Positions 26,978-37,023 are shown, counted from the first letter of the stretch. The stretch: 64,000 nt of DNA from Gemmatimonadota bacterium (GCA_039592335.1 JBDHBX010000015.1:26777-90776); one strand, 5' to 3'. Numbers and translations: made by a program. Notes: generated by a model from the letters alone, not told the origin.

Positions 26978-27790
26978 ATGAACGCCGCGCCCCGTCTCAT
27001 GATACCCGGCCTGCTGCTCGCAGCGAGCGTGTCCGCCCCGCCGGCCGCCGCCCAATCGGCCCAGAACGTACTGCGCACCGCCTTCGAGACCTACGAGGGG
27101 CGTGTGGCCGGAATCGAGAACTACACCGTGGTGCAGGAGACCATGGGGGTTCGGGTCGAGAACTACTTCGAGAAGACCCTGGTGGACGGCCGCCCCGTAT
27201 TCCGGACACCGGATGAGGCGGACGAAGGTACGGGCGATTACTACTCAAAGCTCGACCGCCACGGGCAGCACGCGCGCCTGGACGGGCGGGAAACGGTGCA
27301 GAGCGAGGACTGCTACGTGCTGGTGTTCGACGACCTGAGCCAGATCCAGCTCGACGAGGGATTCGAGCCGGAACAGGGGGACTTTCACCCGCGGAAGGGG
27401 ATCTTCCTGATCGATACCGACGACTACGTCGTGCGCAGGATGACGCTCGAGGGAGAGTACGAGCACGAGGGCACGACGCACCCCAGCACCATGGTCGTGC
27501 ACATGCAGGATTACCGCACCGTGGACGGCATGCCCTATCCGTTCCGGACTGTCGTCACGGTGGAGGGTCTCCCACCCAGCGGGATGTCCGAGCAGGACCT
27601 CCAAGAGGCGCGCGAGTCCTATGCGGAGCTCCAGAAGCAGATGGAGCAGATGTCGGACCAGCAGCGGGCCATGATGGAGCAGATGATGAAGCCGCAGCTG
27701 GAGCAGATGGAGCGGATGCTCCAAGCGGGCCAGATGGAGTTCTCCATGGAGGTGAAGGAGCTGCGAGTCAACACGGGCCCGCCGGAGTAG
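26978..27790 (+). CDS. Secreted protein with Met/Gln-rich C-terminal repeat region
   Basis: Signal peptide ...LLAASVSAPPAAAQ. C-terminus QKQMEQMSDQQRAMMEQMMKPQLEQMERMLQAGQMEFSM. Confidence 0.5.
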   Translation: MNAAPRLMIPGLLLAASVSAPPAAAQSAQNVLRTAFETYEGRVAGIENYTVVQETMGVRVENYFEKTLVDGRPVFRTPDEADEGTGDYYSKLDRHGQHARLDGRETVQSEDCYVLVFDDLSQIQLDEGFEPEQGDFHPRKGIFLIDTDDYVVRRMTLEGEYEHEGTTHPSTMVVHMQDYRTVDGMPYPFRTVVTVEGLPPSGMSEQDLQEARESYAELQKQMEQMSDQQRAMMEQMMKPQLEQMERMLQAGQMEFSMEVKELRVNTGPPE

Positions 27791-27928
27791 GGCGGCTCCG
27801 GCCTGACCGGGGCGTCACGCCGCGCCCTGAGAGCCGCTAGCGGCGCAGCTCCCCGAGCCACTCCTCGATGGTATCGAGGCATTCCGGCGGGACCGACGGC
27901 GACTCTGACGAAAGAGGGGGAGACACCG

Positions 27929-29716
27929 TTATACGTCCCTCGCCTCCCGCTTCCCCTCCAAGCGGTCACCGATCTCCTCGCCTACCTTGCGCGCCGCTTC
28001 CAGATCGACCGTCAGCTCGTCGAGCGTGGCGGCGCCGGCGCGCAGGCGCAGCAGATCGAGCCGCAGCGTCTCGAGCGCGGCCACCGCCGTGGCGAGGCGG
28101 GCGGCGGCATCGGGGTCGTCACCCCGCTCACGCAGGCCCAGCGCGTCGGCCTCGAGCCGCGCAGCTAACGCCGGGACGTCGCCCAGCCGCCGCCGCTCCT
28201 CCTCAGGCAACCCCTCAAATAGGTCCTCCAACGCCCGACCCAGCGCGACCTCGGTGCGCTCGCCCACCGTCGGAAGCGGCTCCACCCGCGCCTCGAGCCC
28301 CACACTGCCTAACCGGAAGATCCCGCGACCCAGCCGTCCGTGCAGCAGCTTCCCGAACAGCTTCGCGCCACCGAGTCGCTCCCACAGTCGTCGCGCCGTG
28401 ATGAGAGGGGCCCCAATGGTGACGGCGGTGCCGACGGTGACGGCCAGGTCGGCGTTCCCCAACATGCCCCAGATGCCGAGGGCGGTTGCGCCCGCACCGA
28501 GCCCCGCGGTGAGCCACGTCCCCACACCGCTCGGTCGCGTGGGTTCCTCCTCCTCAGTGGCCCTGCGCTCCTCGAGGGTGAGCGCCGCCCGCAGCGCACG
28601 ATGGTCGTAGCCCTCCAGCAGCAGATCACGCGCCATCCCGACGAGCCGGCCGACCCGTGCGCCGGAGAGCCCGGTGAGCAGCACTATCGCGATGATCTCC
28701 AATGCGCTGACGATCCCGAGCCAGTTACCCTCGATCAGCTTGACGATCTCGAGCGCGAGCAGCGCCCCTGCCAGGCCCGCCAGGTAGCCGCCCGCCTCCG
28801 AGCCCACGACGTACGCCTCGCGCGCGAACCGCTCGAGCGGCGCCGGCACGCGGACGAGGGCCCCGCGCGCCGCGGCGATCTCGTGCGCCAGCTCTTCCGC
28901 CGAGCCGAAGCGGTCGGCGGGATCCTTCACCAAGCAGCGGTCGATCGCGGCGGCGAAGCGCCGCGGCAGTCGCGGCGCGAGCGAGGCAAGGGGGGGCGCC
29001 GGCTCCGCGGCATGCTTACCCAAGAGGCCGACGACGGTCGACGCCTCGAATGGCGGCCGGCCGGTCGCCGCGAAGAATCCCGTGGCGCCGAGCGAGTACA
29101 CGTCGCTGCGGGCGTCGACCGGCTCTCCCGCTGCCTGCTCGGGGCTCATGTACTGCGGCGTGCCCACCACCGATCCCGCGCCGGGGGTATCGCCAGCGCT
29201 AGCCACATGCGCGATCCCGAAATCCGTCACTAGCGCGCGACCGCCGTCGTGCTCGAGCATCACGTTGTCAGGCTTCACGTCGCGGTGCACCACGCCGCGG
29301 CCGTGCGCGTGCCCCAGCGCCCAACCGACCTCCTGGACCAGGCGCATGACCTCGCTCGCCGGCAGCGGGCCACCGCGCCGCACGCGCTGGCCGAGAGTCT
29401 CCCCGTCCACCAAGCTCATCACGAAGAAGACGAGGCCGTCGGCTTCCTCGACCGAGTGGATCGGCACGATGTTGGGGTGGGCAAGCCCAGCCGCCATGCG
29501 CGCCTCCTGCAGGAAGCGTTGGCGCAGGGGCGGGACGGCGGCGAGCTCGAACGGCAGCAGCTTGATAGCCACTAGGCGATCGAGCGCCACGTCGCGTGCC
29601 AGGAACACCACGCCCATCCCGCCACGACCCAGTTCACGATCGAGCGAGAAGCGGCCCCGCACCGCCTGCTGCAGTGCAAGGAACTCGGGGTTGGGTGCGG
29701 TCGGGTCGCGGCTCAT
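27929..29716 (-). CDS. Ser/Thr protein kinase with membrane-spanning and coiled-coil C-terminal region
   Basis: Motifs: GRGGMGVVFLARD, VAIKLL, HRDVKPDNVML, VTDFGIA, GTPQYMSPEQ. Several hydrophobic segments follow the kinase domain. Confidence 0.85.
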   Translation of the reverse strand: MSRDPTAPNPEFLALQQAVRGRFSLDRELGRGGMGVVFLARDVALDRLVAIKLLPFELAAVPPLRQRFLQEARMAAGLAHPNIVPIHSVEEADGLVFFVMSLVDGETLGQRVRRGGPLPASEVMRLVQEVGWALGHAHGRGVVHRDVKPDNVMLEHDGGRALVTDFGIAHVASAGDTPGAGSVVGTPQYMSPEQAAGEPVDARSDVYSLGATGFFAATGRPPFEASTVVGLLGKHAAEPAPPLASLAPRLPRRFAAAIDRCLVKDPADRFGSAEELAHEIAAARGALVRVPAPLERFAREAYVVGSEAGGYLAGLAGALLALEIVKLIEGNWLGIVSALEIIAIVLLTGLSGARVGRLVGMARDLLLEGYDHRALRAALTLEERRATEEEEPTRPSGVGTWLTAGLGAGATALGIWGMLGNADLAVTVGTAVTIGAPLITARRLWERLGGAKLFGKLLHGRLGRGIFRLGSVGLEARVEPLPTVGERTEVALGRALEDLFEGLPEEERRRLGDVPALAARLEADALGLRERGDDPDAAARLATAVAALETLRLDLLRLRAGAATLDELTVDLEAARKVGEEIGDRLEGKREARDV

Positions 29717-29748
29717 GATCTGAGGGGGAGTTTCCCCTCCGGGGCGCC

Positions 29749-29793
29749 TAAACGCAAACGGGGCCGCCGCGACACTGAGTCGGGCGGCCCCGT
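29749..29793 (-). terminator. Rho-independent terminator of csp paralog 2
   Basis: On the minus strand, ACGGGGCCGCC and GGCGGCCCCGT form a perfect 11-bp stem, followed by TTTGCGTTT. Confidence 0.6.
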
Positions 29794-29819
29794 CTTCCTA
29801 CCGTCAGCGATGCTTCGCT

Positions 29820-30032
29820 TTACGCCTCGACCTTGGTCACGTTCTCAGCCGCCGGGCCCTTCTGACCCTGCACGACGTCGAACTCGACGCGCTCGCCCTC
29901 ACGCAGGGACTTGAAGCCCTCGCCCTGAATGGCGGAGTGATGGACGAAACAGTCCTTCTCGCCGTCCTCACGCGTGATGAAGCCGAAGCCCTTGCTGTCG
30001 TTGAACCACTTGACGGTTCCGGTGGTACGCAT
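29820..30032 (-). CDS. csp: Cold-shock protein, CspA family (paralog 2)
   Basis: 70 aa; 61 of 70 residues are identical to the 7311-7523 product. Confidence 0.95.
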   Translation of the reverse strand: MRTTGTVKWFNDSKGFGFITREDGEKDCFVHHSAIQGEGFKSLREGERVEFDVVQGQKGPAAENVTKVEA

Positions 30033-30180
30033 GCCGTACTCCTTGTTGTGTTGTGTTGATGGTCGTCGGAGTCCGGTTTCCCGTACCTACCGATCGCGCA
30101 TCAGCTAACCGCGGTCATTGCCCCCGCGTTGGGCTGCCAGTGAGGACCGTCCTGGGACTGCCCCTTCCCGGCGTGGATAC
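30033..30180 (-). promoter_or_regulatory. Long 5' leader of cspA paralog 2 (conserved with paralog 1)
   Basis: Shows the same ordered sequence blocks as 7150-7310 and ends in CAAGGAGTACGGCATG. Confidence 0.5.
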
Positions 30181-30182
30181 CA

Positions 30183-30215
30183 ATGAAAAAGGGGATCCGC
30201 GGCTTGCCAGATCCC
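30183..30215 (-). terminator. Rho-independent terminator downstream of the 30319-32883 kinase gene
   Basis: On the minus strand, GGGGATC and GATCCCC form the stem, followed by TTTTTCATT. A second hairpin (GCGTGCC/GGCACGC) lies at about 30241-30265. Confidence 0.55.
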
Positions 30216-30318
30216 CCTTTCACAGTGTTCTCCGGTGCCTCGCGTGCCAAACCGGGCACGCCTGTCGCTGCGGACAAAATAGCCCTATCCAGAGGATTAG
30301 GGAAGTACCAGCCTGGAA

Positions 30319-32883
30319 CTAGTCCTTCGGCCGCACGAACTCGCGGAACGCCGGATGATCCCACAGGGGCTCGAGGTCAGGGTCTCGATGCAACGCTAGG
30401 GTGACTGTTCGGCCCGCAGCATAGGCCTCCCGCAACAGCACCATAGCGCGCTCCGGCTCCCCGAGCAGCGACGCCACGCAGGCCTGCCAGTACGGCTCCC
30501 GCCCGAAGTCGTACCTATGGGCGAGCTGCGCGAGCCCGCTACTCAACCTGAGCGCCGCTTCCCGGTCGCCGCGCCGCGCCGCCAGCGCGGCGAGGTAGCC
30601 CGGGTAGTTAGGATCCCCCGGGAACTCCTCGGCCAGGTCCTCGAACACCTCCTCCGCATCATCCCACTGCTCCGCCAGGTAGTGCGCGTTCCCCAACATG
30701 AACCGGGGAAAGCGGCCCGCCGCCTCTTCCGTAGGTCGCGACCGGTACCACGCCACGGCCCGCTCGGCGGCCCGCAGCGACGCGTCGCGATGACCATGCG
30801 CGCGCAGTTCGGCGCTGGCGTTCAGCATAACGCCGCCCGCTGTCCACTCGGGCTGGGCCGGGTAGTCGAGGCTCTGCTGGAGACGCTCCTCGACCTCGGC
30901 CACGCGGCCCAGCGCTGCGAGCGCTCGCACCTCATGTTCGAGCACACCCAGAAAGGTCGGATACTCGTCGCGTGCCTCGCGCGCTGCGCGTAGCTCCCGG
31001 CGATGGTCCCCCAGCATATGATGCGCGGCCGTGAGCATGTCCCACGATATCTGTACGAGCCCGTCCCAGCCCCGCGTCCGCAGCGCCGGTACGTACCACC
31101 CACTGGCATCCTCGAGCACGTCGAGAGTCTCCTGGGGGCGATTCACCCACAGCGCCTGCATCGCGTTGTCGAGTGGCGTCTCCGGCATCTGCCGAGCGGC
31201 CTCCAGCGCGCCCATCCGATCACCGGCGAACGCAGCCAGGTGCAGGTCCAGCCTCGCCTCGGCGAACCGGGTGAGGCCCGCACGGCGCTGATGCGCCAGG
31301 AGACTGAGCGTGTCGGCCAAGGCGACATCTCCGACCCGAGCAGCCGAGTTGCTCGCCAGGATGAGCGCTGCCGTGAACGTGGTGTCGATCTCGGCCGCCT
31401 CGAGAAACAGGCTCAACGCTACGGGAACGTCCTGTCCCCGGCCGGCGTCGAACGCCCGGTTGTAGATGTCCTGCCCCTCCACAAACGCGCGATACGCCTC
31501 CAACGGCGGCGGCTGCTGCGACGGGCTCTGGTAGTCCGCGATACGTCCATCCAGCGTAGCGGCCAGGGCGTTCACGACGCGGCGGCGCAGCTCCTCCACC
31601 GCCCCGAGCGGCTCCACCGCCGTCCCGCGCACCGGCGCGATACTCAGGAGGACGCGCTCGCGCCGCGCGTCAGTGACGTTGGCCTCGAACTGCAGAGAGT
31701 CACCGAAGCGGTAGAACGCCCCGGTGACGACCGTCCCCGACGCCGTCGCCTCCCCTAATTGCCTCGCTGTCGCGCCGCCGCCCCACATAATGGCCTCCGG
31801 CGGCACCACCTCGATGACCTCTACTTCGAGCAAACCGCGCGTGATCCAGTCGCTCGCCAGCCGCCCCACGGCATCCAACGTCGAGTCGTCCGTCCGGTTC
31901 TCCAGCGCGGCGACCAGCACGCGTCGCCGGTTCAACTCCCCGCCCCCGCCAGGGAGCAGCAGCGCGACGGCTACCACTATCGCGACCACGGCAGCGAGGG
32001 CCGCCGCAATCAATCCGCGGCGTCGGGCAGGCCGCCCCACCTGCACCGCCTCCGGCGCCACCAGCGCCCTGGCGAACTCGCCCGCCGTGGCGAAGCGCTG
32101 CGAGCGCTCCTTGACCAGGGAGCGATGAATCACTGCGGCCACGGGCTCGGGGATCTCGGGTCGCAACTCGGTGAGGCGGCGCGGCTCGTTGTGGAGATGC
32201 TGGTTCAGGACCTTCCGCGCACTGTCACCCGTGAACGGCGGCCGCCCAGTGAGCAGCTCGTAGAGCACACAGCCCAGACTGTAGACGTCGCTCCGCCCGT
32301 CGATGTCGTCCTCACCGGCCACCTGCTCCGGGCTCATGTAGTCGGGGGTGCCCGGCGTCAGCCCGGTTCCCGTCAGCCGGTCGTCACCCTCATTCTGCGA
32401 CGCACGTGCAATACCGAAGTCGGCCAGCAGCGGCAGCCCCGCCTCGAGCAGAATGTTCTCCGGCTTGATGTCGCGGTGGATAACGCCACGCACGTGCGCA
32501 TACTCCAGCGCGTCGGCGATCTCCGCTCCGAGCCGCAGGCCCTCTTCGACCGGCAATCGCTTGTCCCGGCGCACGCGGCCGCGCAGCGACTCGCCCTCCA
32601 CGCACGGCATGACGTAGTACAGCTGCCCATCCGCGTCACCGGAGTCGTACAGCTGCAGGATGTGAGGATGGCGGAACTGCGCGGTGATCTCGATCTCGCG
32701 CAAGAACCGTTTGGGGCCGAGCGCCGTGGCGTACTCCGGCCGCAGGACCTTGATCGCCACCTTGCGGTGATGCTTGAGGTCTTCGGCCCGATACACCGTG
32801 CCCATCGCGCCGCCGCCGATGCGCTCCTCGATTCGGTAGCGGTCGGCGAGGCTGACCTGCAGGCGGTTCAACTCATCCGTCAA
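30319..32883 (-). CDS. Ser/Thr protein kinase with TM segment and TPR-like C-terminal domain
   Basis: Motifs: MTDELNRLQVSLADRYRIEERIGGGAMGTVYRAED, VAIKVL, HRDIKPENILL, LADFGIA, GTPDYMSPEQ. Confidence 0.85.
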   Translation of the reverse strand: MTDELNRLQVSLADRYRIEERIGGGAMGTVYRAEDLKHHRKVAIKVLRPEYATALGPKRFLREIEITAQFRHPHILQLYDSGDADGQLYYVMPCVEGESLRGRVRRDKRLPVEEGLRLGAEIADALEYAHVRGVIHRDIKPENILLEAGLPLLADFGIARASQNEGDDRLTGTGLTPGTPDYMSPEQVAGEDDIDGRSDVYSLGCVLYELLTGRPPFTGDSARKVLNQHLHNEPRRLTELRPEIPEPVAAVIHRSLVKERSQRFATAGEFARALVAPEAVQVGRPARRRGLIAAALAAVVAIVVAVALLLPGGGGELNRRRVLVAALENRTDDSTLDAVGRLASDWITRGLLEVEVIEVVPPEAIMWGGGATARQLGEATASGTVVTGAFYRFGDSLQFEANVTDARRERVLLSIAPVRGTAVEPLGAVEELRRRVVNALAATLDGRIADYQSPSQQPPPLEAYRAFVEGQDIYNRAFDAGRGQDVPVALSLFLEAAEIDTTFTAALILASNSAARVGDVALADTLSLLAHQRRAGLTRFAEARLDLHLAAFAGDRMGALEAARQMPETPLDNAMQALWVNRPQETLDVLEDASGWYVPALRTRGWDGLVQISWDMLTAAHHMLGDHRRELRAAREARDEYPTFLGVLEHEVRALAALGRVAEVEERLQQSLDYPAQPEWTAGGVMLNASAELRAHGHRDASLRAAERAVAWYRSRPTEEAAGRFPRFMLGNAHYLAEQWDDAEEVFEDLAEEFPGDPNYPGYLAALAARRGDREAALRLSSGLAQLAHRYDFGREPYWQACVASLLGEPERAMVLLREAYAAGRTVTLALHRDPDLEPLWDHPAFREFVRPKD

Positions 32884-32950
32884 CGGACGGCTCCGGCGGA
32901 TTGCACTGCCAAGGTATTAAGAGGGACTTGGGGGGGCCAGTTGGTCAGGC

Positions 32951-32987
32951 ACAAGAAAAGGGCGACGGGCTCTCACCCGCCGCCCTT
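32951..32987 (-). terminator. Rho-independent terminator of the dienelactone hydrolase gene
   Basis: On the minus strand, AAGGGCGGCGGG-TGAGAG-CCCGTCGCCCTT forms a 12-bp stem with one mismatch, followed by TTCTTGTG. Confidence 0.6.
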
Positions 32988-33004
32988 CGATACTGTCGCG
33001 TTCC

Positions 33005-33829
33005 CTAACTCAGCACCCGCCCCAGATACGCCAGCAGCCGCTCCCACGCGTTCTGCGCCGGCGCCTCGCGCAGCTCGCGGTCCCCATCGACCCGCAGCCA
33101 GAAGCCGTGGTTCACGGCGTCGTAGACGTGGATGTCGTTGTCGATCCCGATCGAGTCGAGCGCCGCCGCGAACCGCTCGACTTGCTCCGGCGGAATGCCC
33201 CGGTCCATCTCGGCGAAGGTGCCGTACACGGGATGATCCATCCGGGCCAGCTCCGCCGGATCCTCGATCAGCGAGCCGTAGAAGATGGCGGTGCCGTCGT
33301 GGTGCTCGCCGCCCAGCGCGTAGCTCAACGCGATGCCGCCGCCGAAGCACCAGCCCATGACACCCACCTTGCCAGTGACATCCTCCCGCTCGCGCAGGAA
33401 CCGCTGCGCCGCGTCGAGGTTGGTGATCACGGCCGGCATGTTGCCGCGCGCCTCCTGCACCAGCGCCATGTTCTCGTCGCGGTTGGCGCCGGTGCGTCCC
33501 GCATACAGATCGGCGGCGAGCGCGACGTATCCCTGCTCCGCGAACGCGTCCGCGACCTGGCGCACGCGATCGGTCAGGCCGTTCCACTCATGGATGAGGA
33601 TGAGCGCCGGGAACGGCCCCTCCCCTTCGGGCACGGCCAGGTAGCCGGTCGTCGCCGCGTCGCCGGCCACGTAGTTGGCGGTCTCTCCCTGCGGCGGCGG
33701 TGCCTCGCCGAGGATGGCGGCGGGAATGGAAGTCGTGACTTCCTGCTCGGTCTGCTGGGCTGCCTCACTCGTACAGGCGGTCGGCAGCACGATCGAGGCG
33801 AACAGCAGCGTAGCGACTGGTCGGGCCAT
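33005..33829 (-). CDS. Dienelactone hydrolase family protein (secreted)
   Basis: Has a signal peptide. Motifs: ALILIHEWNGLTDRVRQVADAFAEQGYVALAADLY and GVMGWCFGGG (nucleophile elbow). Confidence 0.8.
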   Translation of the reverse strand: MARPVATLLFASIVLPTACTSEAAQQTEQEVTTSIPAAILGEAPPPQGETANYVAGDAATTGYLAVPEGEGPFPALILIHEWNGLTDRVRQVADAFAEQGYVALAADLYAGRTGANRDENMALVQEARGNMPAVITNLDAAQRFLREREDVTGKVGVMGWCFGGGIALSYALGGEHHDGTAIFYGSLIEDPAELARMDHPVYGTFAEMDRGIPPEQVERFAAALDSIGIDNDIHVYDAVNHGFWLRVDGDRELREAPAQNAWERLLAYLGRVLS

Positions 33830-34027
33830 CGGAATCCCCCTATCACGGCCGGGCGTCGGTGTGGCGCCAAAGGGGACTAAGCTAGTCGGATTCGGCGGGT
33901 TTCGTCACCCAGCAGCAATTCCAGGCCCCGCCAGGTAGGCCGCCCAGTGAGGCCTGTCACGGTAGGCGAGGCACGCGCATGAGACCTTAAGGGAGCGTTC
34001 TGATCCGACTTTCCTTGGGAGGCTCAC

Positions 34028-34483
34028 ATGAGATGCGCACGCGTCCTGACGCTCTTGCTGAGTGTGCTGGTCGTCACGTCCTGCTCCGACGGGCTGAGTG
34101 CGGCCCGTGACCTGAGTGGCCTCTGGCTCGGCACCAGCCCTAACGGGGCGCTCTACGCGGACAACGTCGCGAACCCCAACTGCGAGTACGAGGCCGACGT
34201 CCGGATCACCCTCATCCAGGATGGCACGGCCCTCACGGGCTCGTTCAACCTGACGGTGCGGAGGTCAACCAAGCTGCTCCAAACCAGCCTGCCGTGCGTG
34301 CCCGTGGGCGCATCCTCGAATCAGGCCCTGTTCGGCAGCGTGAGCGGCTCGAGCGTGGAGTTCGGGCTCGCCGACTTGATCACGTCTTTCAGCGGGACCT
34401 TCACCTCCGACATCCTGAGCGGCGACATCACCTCATCCTCGAGCACCGGCATCGCCGGCACGCTCACGGCCAATCGGGACTAG
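34028..34483 (+). CDS. Hypothetical lipoprotein
   Basis: MRCARVLTLLLSVLVVTSC with a lipobox. 151 aa. No family recognised. Confidence 0.5.
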   Translation: MRCARVLTLLLSVLVVTSCSDGLSAARDLSGLWLGTSPNGALYADNVANPNCEYEADVRITLIQDGTALTGSFNLTVRRSTKLLQTSLPCVPVGASSNQALFGSVSGSSVEFGLADLITSFSGTFTSDILSGDITSSSSTGIAGTLTANRD

Positions 34484-34507
34484 GCACCATTCTGTAGCCA
34501 CAAAGTC

Positions 34508-34542
34508 GAGCGCCCGGCCCCGTGCCGGGCGCTCGCTCGTTT
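34508..34542 (+). terminator. Hairpin terminator candidate
   Basis: GAGCGCCCGGC-CCCGT-GCCGGGCGCTC, a perfect 11-bp stem, followed by GCTCGTTTC. Confidence 0.45.
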
Positions 34543-34652
34543 CACCGTACACCCCTTCTACCCAGCCGTCCCGCGCGGTATTCTCCTCCCGGCGCCGACC
34601 TGCGGCCCCGCGACCCAACTCGCACTTCCAGGCTCATTCGAGGTCCAAGACG

Positions 34653-36269
34653 ATGCTCGCACGTCTCTCGCTCGCTCTCGTCGCCGCCGTCGCGCTCGCG
34701 GCCGCGGCCTGCACACCCGACCCGGCGCAGCGCATCACCGCCGACGGCATCTTGGCCGACGTCGAGGTCCTCTCGGCCGACAGCATGGAGGGCCGCGCCC
34801 CCAGCACGCCCGGTGAGGCCCGGGCGGTCGCGTACATCGCGCAGCGCTTCGAGCAGATCGGCCTCGAGCCGGTGGGCGACCGCTTCATGCTCCCGGTCGA
34901 GCTGGTCGGCATGCGCAAGAACGCCGAGCGCTCCTCGCTCACGCTCCGCAGGGGGCGCAGCACCCTGCCGCTGGAGAACGACCAGAACGTGACCTTCTGG
35001 TCCACTGCGGAGAGGGAGACCGTCAATCTCCGCAACGTGCCGATCGTGTTCGTGGGTTACGGGGTCGAGGCGCCCGAGCACGACTGGGACGACCTCAAGG
35101 GTCAGGACATGCGGGGCAAGGTCCTGCTCTTCCTCAACAACGACCCGCCGGTCGAGGAGAACGGTGAAGAGCTGTTCGGCGGCCCCGCACGCACCTACTA
35201 CGGGCGCTGGACCTACAAGTTCGAGCAGGCCCAGAAGCACGGCGCCGCCGGTGCCATCGTGATCCACACGACGGAATCGGCGAGCTACGGGTTCAGCGTG
35301 ATCGGCAATACTGGCTCTCGCCGGATCTGGCAGCGCACCTATCAACTCGACTTGCTCTCCTGGATCGACTCGACGCTGTCGGAGCGCATCGCGTCCTCGA
35401 TGGGCACGGATCTCGCAGGCCTGTTCGCCATGGCGGCGCGGCGCGACTTCCGGCCGCGCGATACGGGCTACCGCGTGACCGCGCACATCGAGACGGCCAT
35501 CGAGCGGGTCGAGGCCTACAACGTGGCCGGCGTGCTGCGCGGGAGCGACCCCGCGCTCGCGGATCAGCATCTCGTCTTTACCGCGCACCACGACCACCTC
35601 GGTGTGAACCCCAACGTCGAGGGTGACGACAAGATCTTCAACGGCGCGCAGGACAACGCGCTGGGAACCGCGGCGATCCTGGCCGCCGCCGAGGCGTTCG
35701 CGGCCGCCGGCCCGCGGCGCTCGGTGATGTTCGTGGCGGTGACGGCGGAGGAGGGCGGCCTGCTCGGCAGCAGCGCGTTCGTGGCGAACCCGCCCATCCC
35801 GCGCGCGCAGATCGTCGCCAACTTCAACGTGGACTCGCCACAGTCGCTCGGCGTGACCCGCGACGCCGCCGCGATCGGGATCGATATGAGCAGCCTGGGG
35901 AGTGTGTTCGCGGAGGTGGCCGAGGCGAATGGGCTGCGGCCGGCGGGCGACCCCAACCCGAATGCGGGCAGCTTCTACCGCTCCGACCAGGTCAGCTTCG
36001 CCAAGGCCGGGATCCCGGCGCTCTACCTGCAGCGGGGCAAGGACTTTGTGGAGCCCTTGGGGTTCGACGCCGATTCCTTCCGGCTGGCGCACTACCACCA
36101 GGTGAGCGACGAGATCCCGCCGCAGTGGAACCTCGCGGGCACGGCGCGCGACGTGCGCATCCTGTTCGAGGCAGCGTTGCGTGTGGCCGACGCAGACGAG
36201 CAACCGCGCTGGGTACCGGGAAATGAGTTCGAGGAGGAGTGGAAGGAACTGTACGGGCTGGAGCCGTAG
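34653..36269 (+). CDS. M28-family metallopeptidase (aminopeptidase-like) with PA domain
   Basis: Has a signal peptide. Motifs: YNVAGVLRGSDP, VFTAHHDHLG, NGAQDNALGTAAILAAAEAF, FVAVTAEEGGLLGS. Confidence 0.8.
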   Translation: MLARLSLALVAAVALAAAACTPDPAQRITADGILADVEVLSADSMEGRAPSTPGEARAVAYIAQRFEQIGLEPVGDRFMLPVELVGMRKNAERSSLTLRRGRSTLPLENDQNVTFWSTAERETVNLRNVPIVFVGYGVEAPEHDWDDLKGQDMRGKVLLFLNNDPPVEENGEELFGGPARTYYGRWTYKFEQAQKHGAAGAIVIHTTESASYGFSVIGNTGSRRIWQRTYQLDLLSWIDSTLSERIASSMGTDLAGLFAMAARRDFRPRDTGYRVTAHIETAIERVEAYNVAGVLRGSDPALADQHLVFTAHHDHLGVNPNVEGDDKIFNGAQDNALGTAAILAAAEAFAAAGPRRSVMFVAVTAEEGGLLGSSAFVANPPIPRAQIVANFNVDSPQSLGVTRDAAAIGIDMSSLGSVFAEVAEANGLRPAGDPNPNAGSFYRSDQVSFAKAGIPALYLQRGKDFVEPLGFDADSFRLAHYHQVSDEIPPQWNLAGTARDVRILFEAALRVADADEQPRWVPGNEFEEEWKELYGLEP

Positions 36270-36306
36270 CAGAGCGCACAGCGGCCACCCACCACCCCGC
36301 ATAGTG

Positions 36307-36336
36307 AAAGGCGGCTCTACGGAGCCGCCTTTTGCG
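36307..36336. terminator. Bidirectional rho-independent terminator
   Basis: AAAGGCGGCTC-TACG-GAGCCGCCTTT, a perfect 11-bp stem, flanked by an A-run and a T-run. It lies between convergent genes. Confidence 0.65.
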
Positions 36337-36348
36337 AACCGCTGGCCG

Positions 36349-36888
36349 CTAGCGCTCCTCCGCCACCGTCCCCAACCGCTGCTCCACGACCGGCCGCACG
36401 CGCGTCATGCCGCCCAGCTCGGCGAGCCTGAGGGCCTCGGCGGGATCGATGTCCTGGTACTCGGCGAGCCACGCCCCCCACAGCCCTGCGACCCGATTCC
36501 CCGAGCCGCAGTGCAGCAGCATGCGGCCCTCGCCGCTCTCCATGACCTCGGCAAAGGCTGCGACCTGCTCGTCGCTGATCGCCTCCACCGGGCCGGGCAT
36601 CGGGATGTTCACGAATCGCATGCCGAGCTGCTCGACCAGGCCAGCCTCGTCCCAGTCGATCTCGTCCGGCGCCCGCGTGGAGACGATGGTCTCGTACCCC
36701 TGGGCGGCGAGGTACTCGAGCACCTGCTGAGAGGGCTGGCTCCCGATCACGACGTTCCCGACCTCGGCACAGTTCCTCAGACCCTCGATCGTGCACGGCG
36801 TCGGGTCGGCGATGACGGTCTCGCTCGCCCGGTCCGCGCAGGCAAGCAGCGTGACCAGGGCCAGCAATGTCAGTATTCCGGTGCGCAT
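36349..36888 (-). CDS. DUF442-type CX5R phosphatase-fold / sulfur-transferase-like lipoprotein
   Basis: From ATG 36888: MRTGILTLLALVTLLAC with a lipobox. Contains HCGSGNRV (CX5R P-loop). Confidence 0.65.
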   Translation of the reverse strand: MRTGILTLLALVTLLACADRASETVIADPTPCTIEGLRNCAEVGNVVIGSQPSQQVLEYLAAQGYETIVSTRAPDEIDWDEAGLVEQLGMRFVNIPMPGPVEAISDEQVAAFAEVMESGEGRMLLHCGSGNRVAGLWGAWLAEYQDIDPAEALRLAELGGMTRVRPVVEQRLGTVAEER

Positions 36889-36998
36889 CAACGTTCGCCT
36901 CGTTTCGTTGGGTGGGATGTCAGTCGGGGCAAGATCGCCCATACACACATGGATCGAAAGCCCCCGAAAACACTGGGGAAAACCCCCAAATCGGAGCG

Positions 36999-37014
36999 TC
37001 GCGAGATCTCGCGA
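36999..37014. promoter_or_regulatory. Perfect 16-bp palindrome TCGCGAGATCTCGCGA
   Basis: Read directly. It lies 35 nt downstream of the stop of the AAA+ regulator gene and about 110 nt upstream of the DUF442 gene start. Confidence 0.4.
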
Positions 37015-37023
37015 ATTCACTCA

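Noticed and set aside
34542-36302. Very long ORFs antisense to clearly assignable genes. Examples: 34542-36302(-) opposite the M28 peptidase, 38698-40428(-) opposite UPF0182, 31759-33360(+) opposite a kinase, 10278-11396(-) opposite dinB, 12598-13683(-) opposite the S41 peptidase, 24492-25532(+), 16892-17947(+), 48926-50221(+) and 50246-51490(+).
   Set aside because: Their translations are Arg/Pro/Gly/Ala-rich and lack motifs, while the opposite strand encodes recognisable domains. Stop-poor antisense frames are expected in high-GC DNA.
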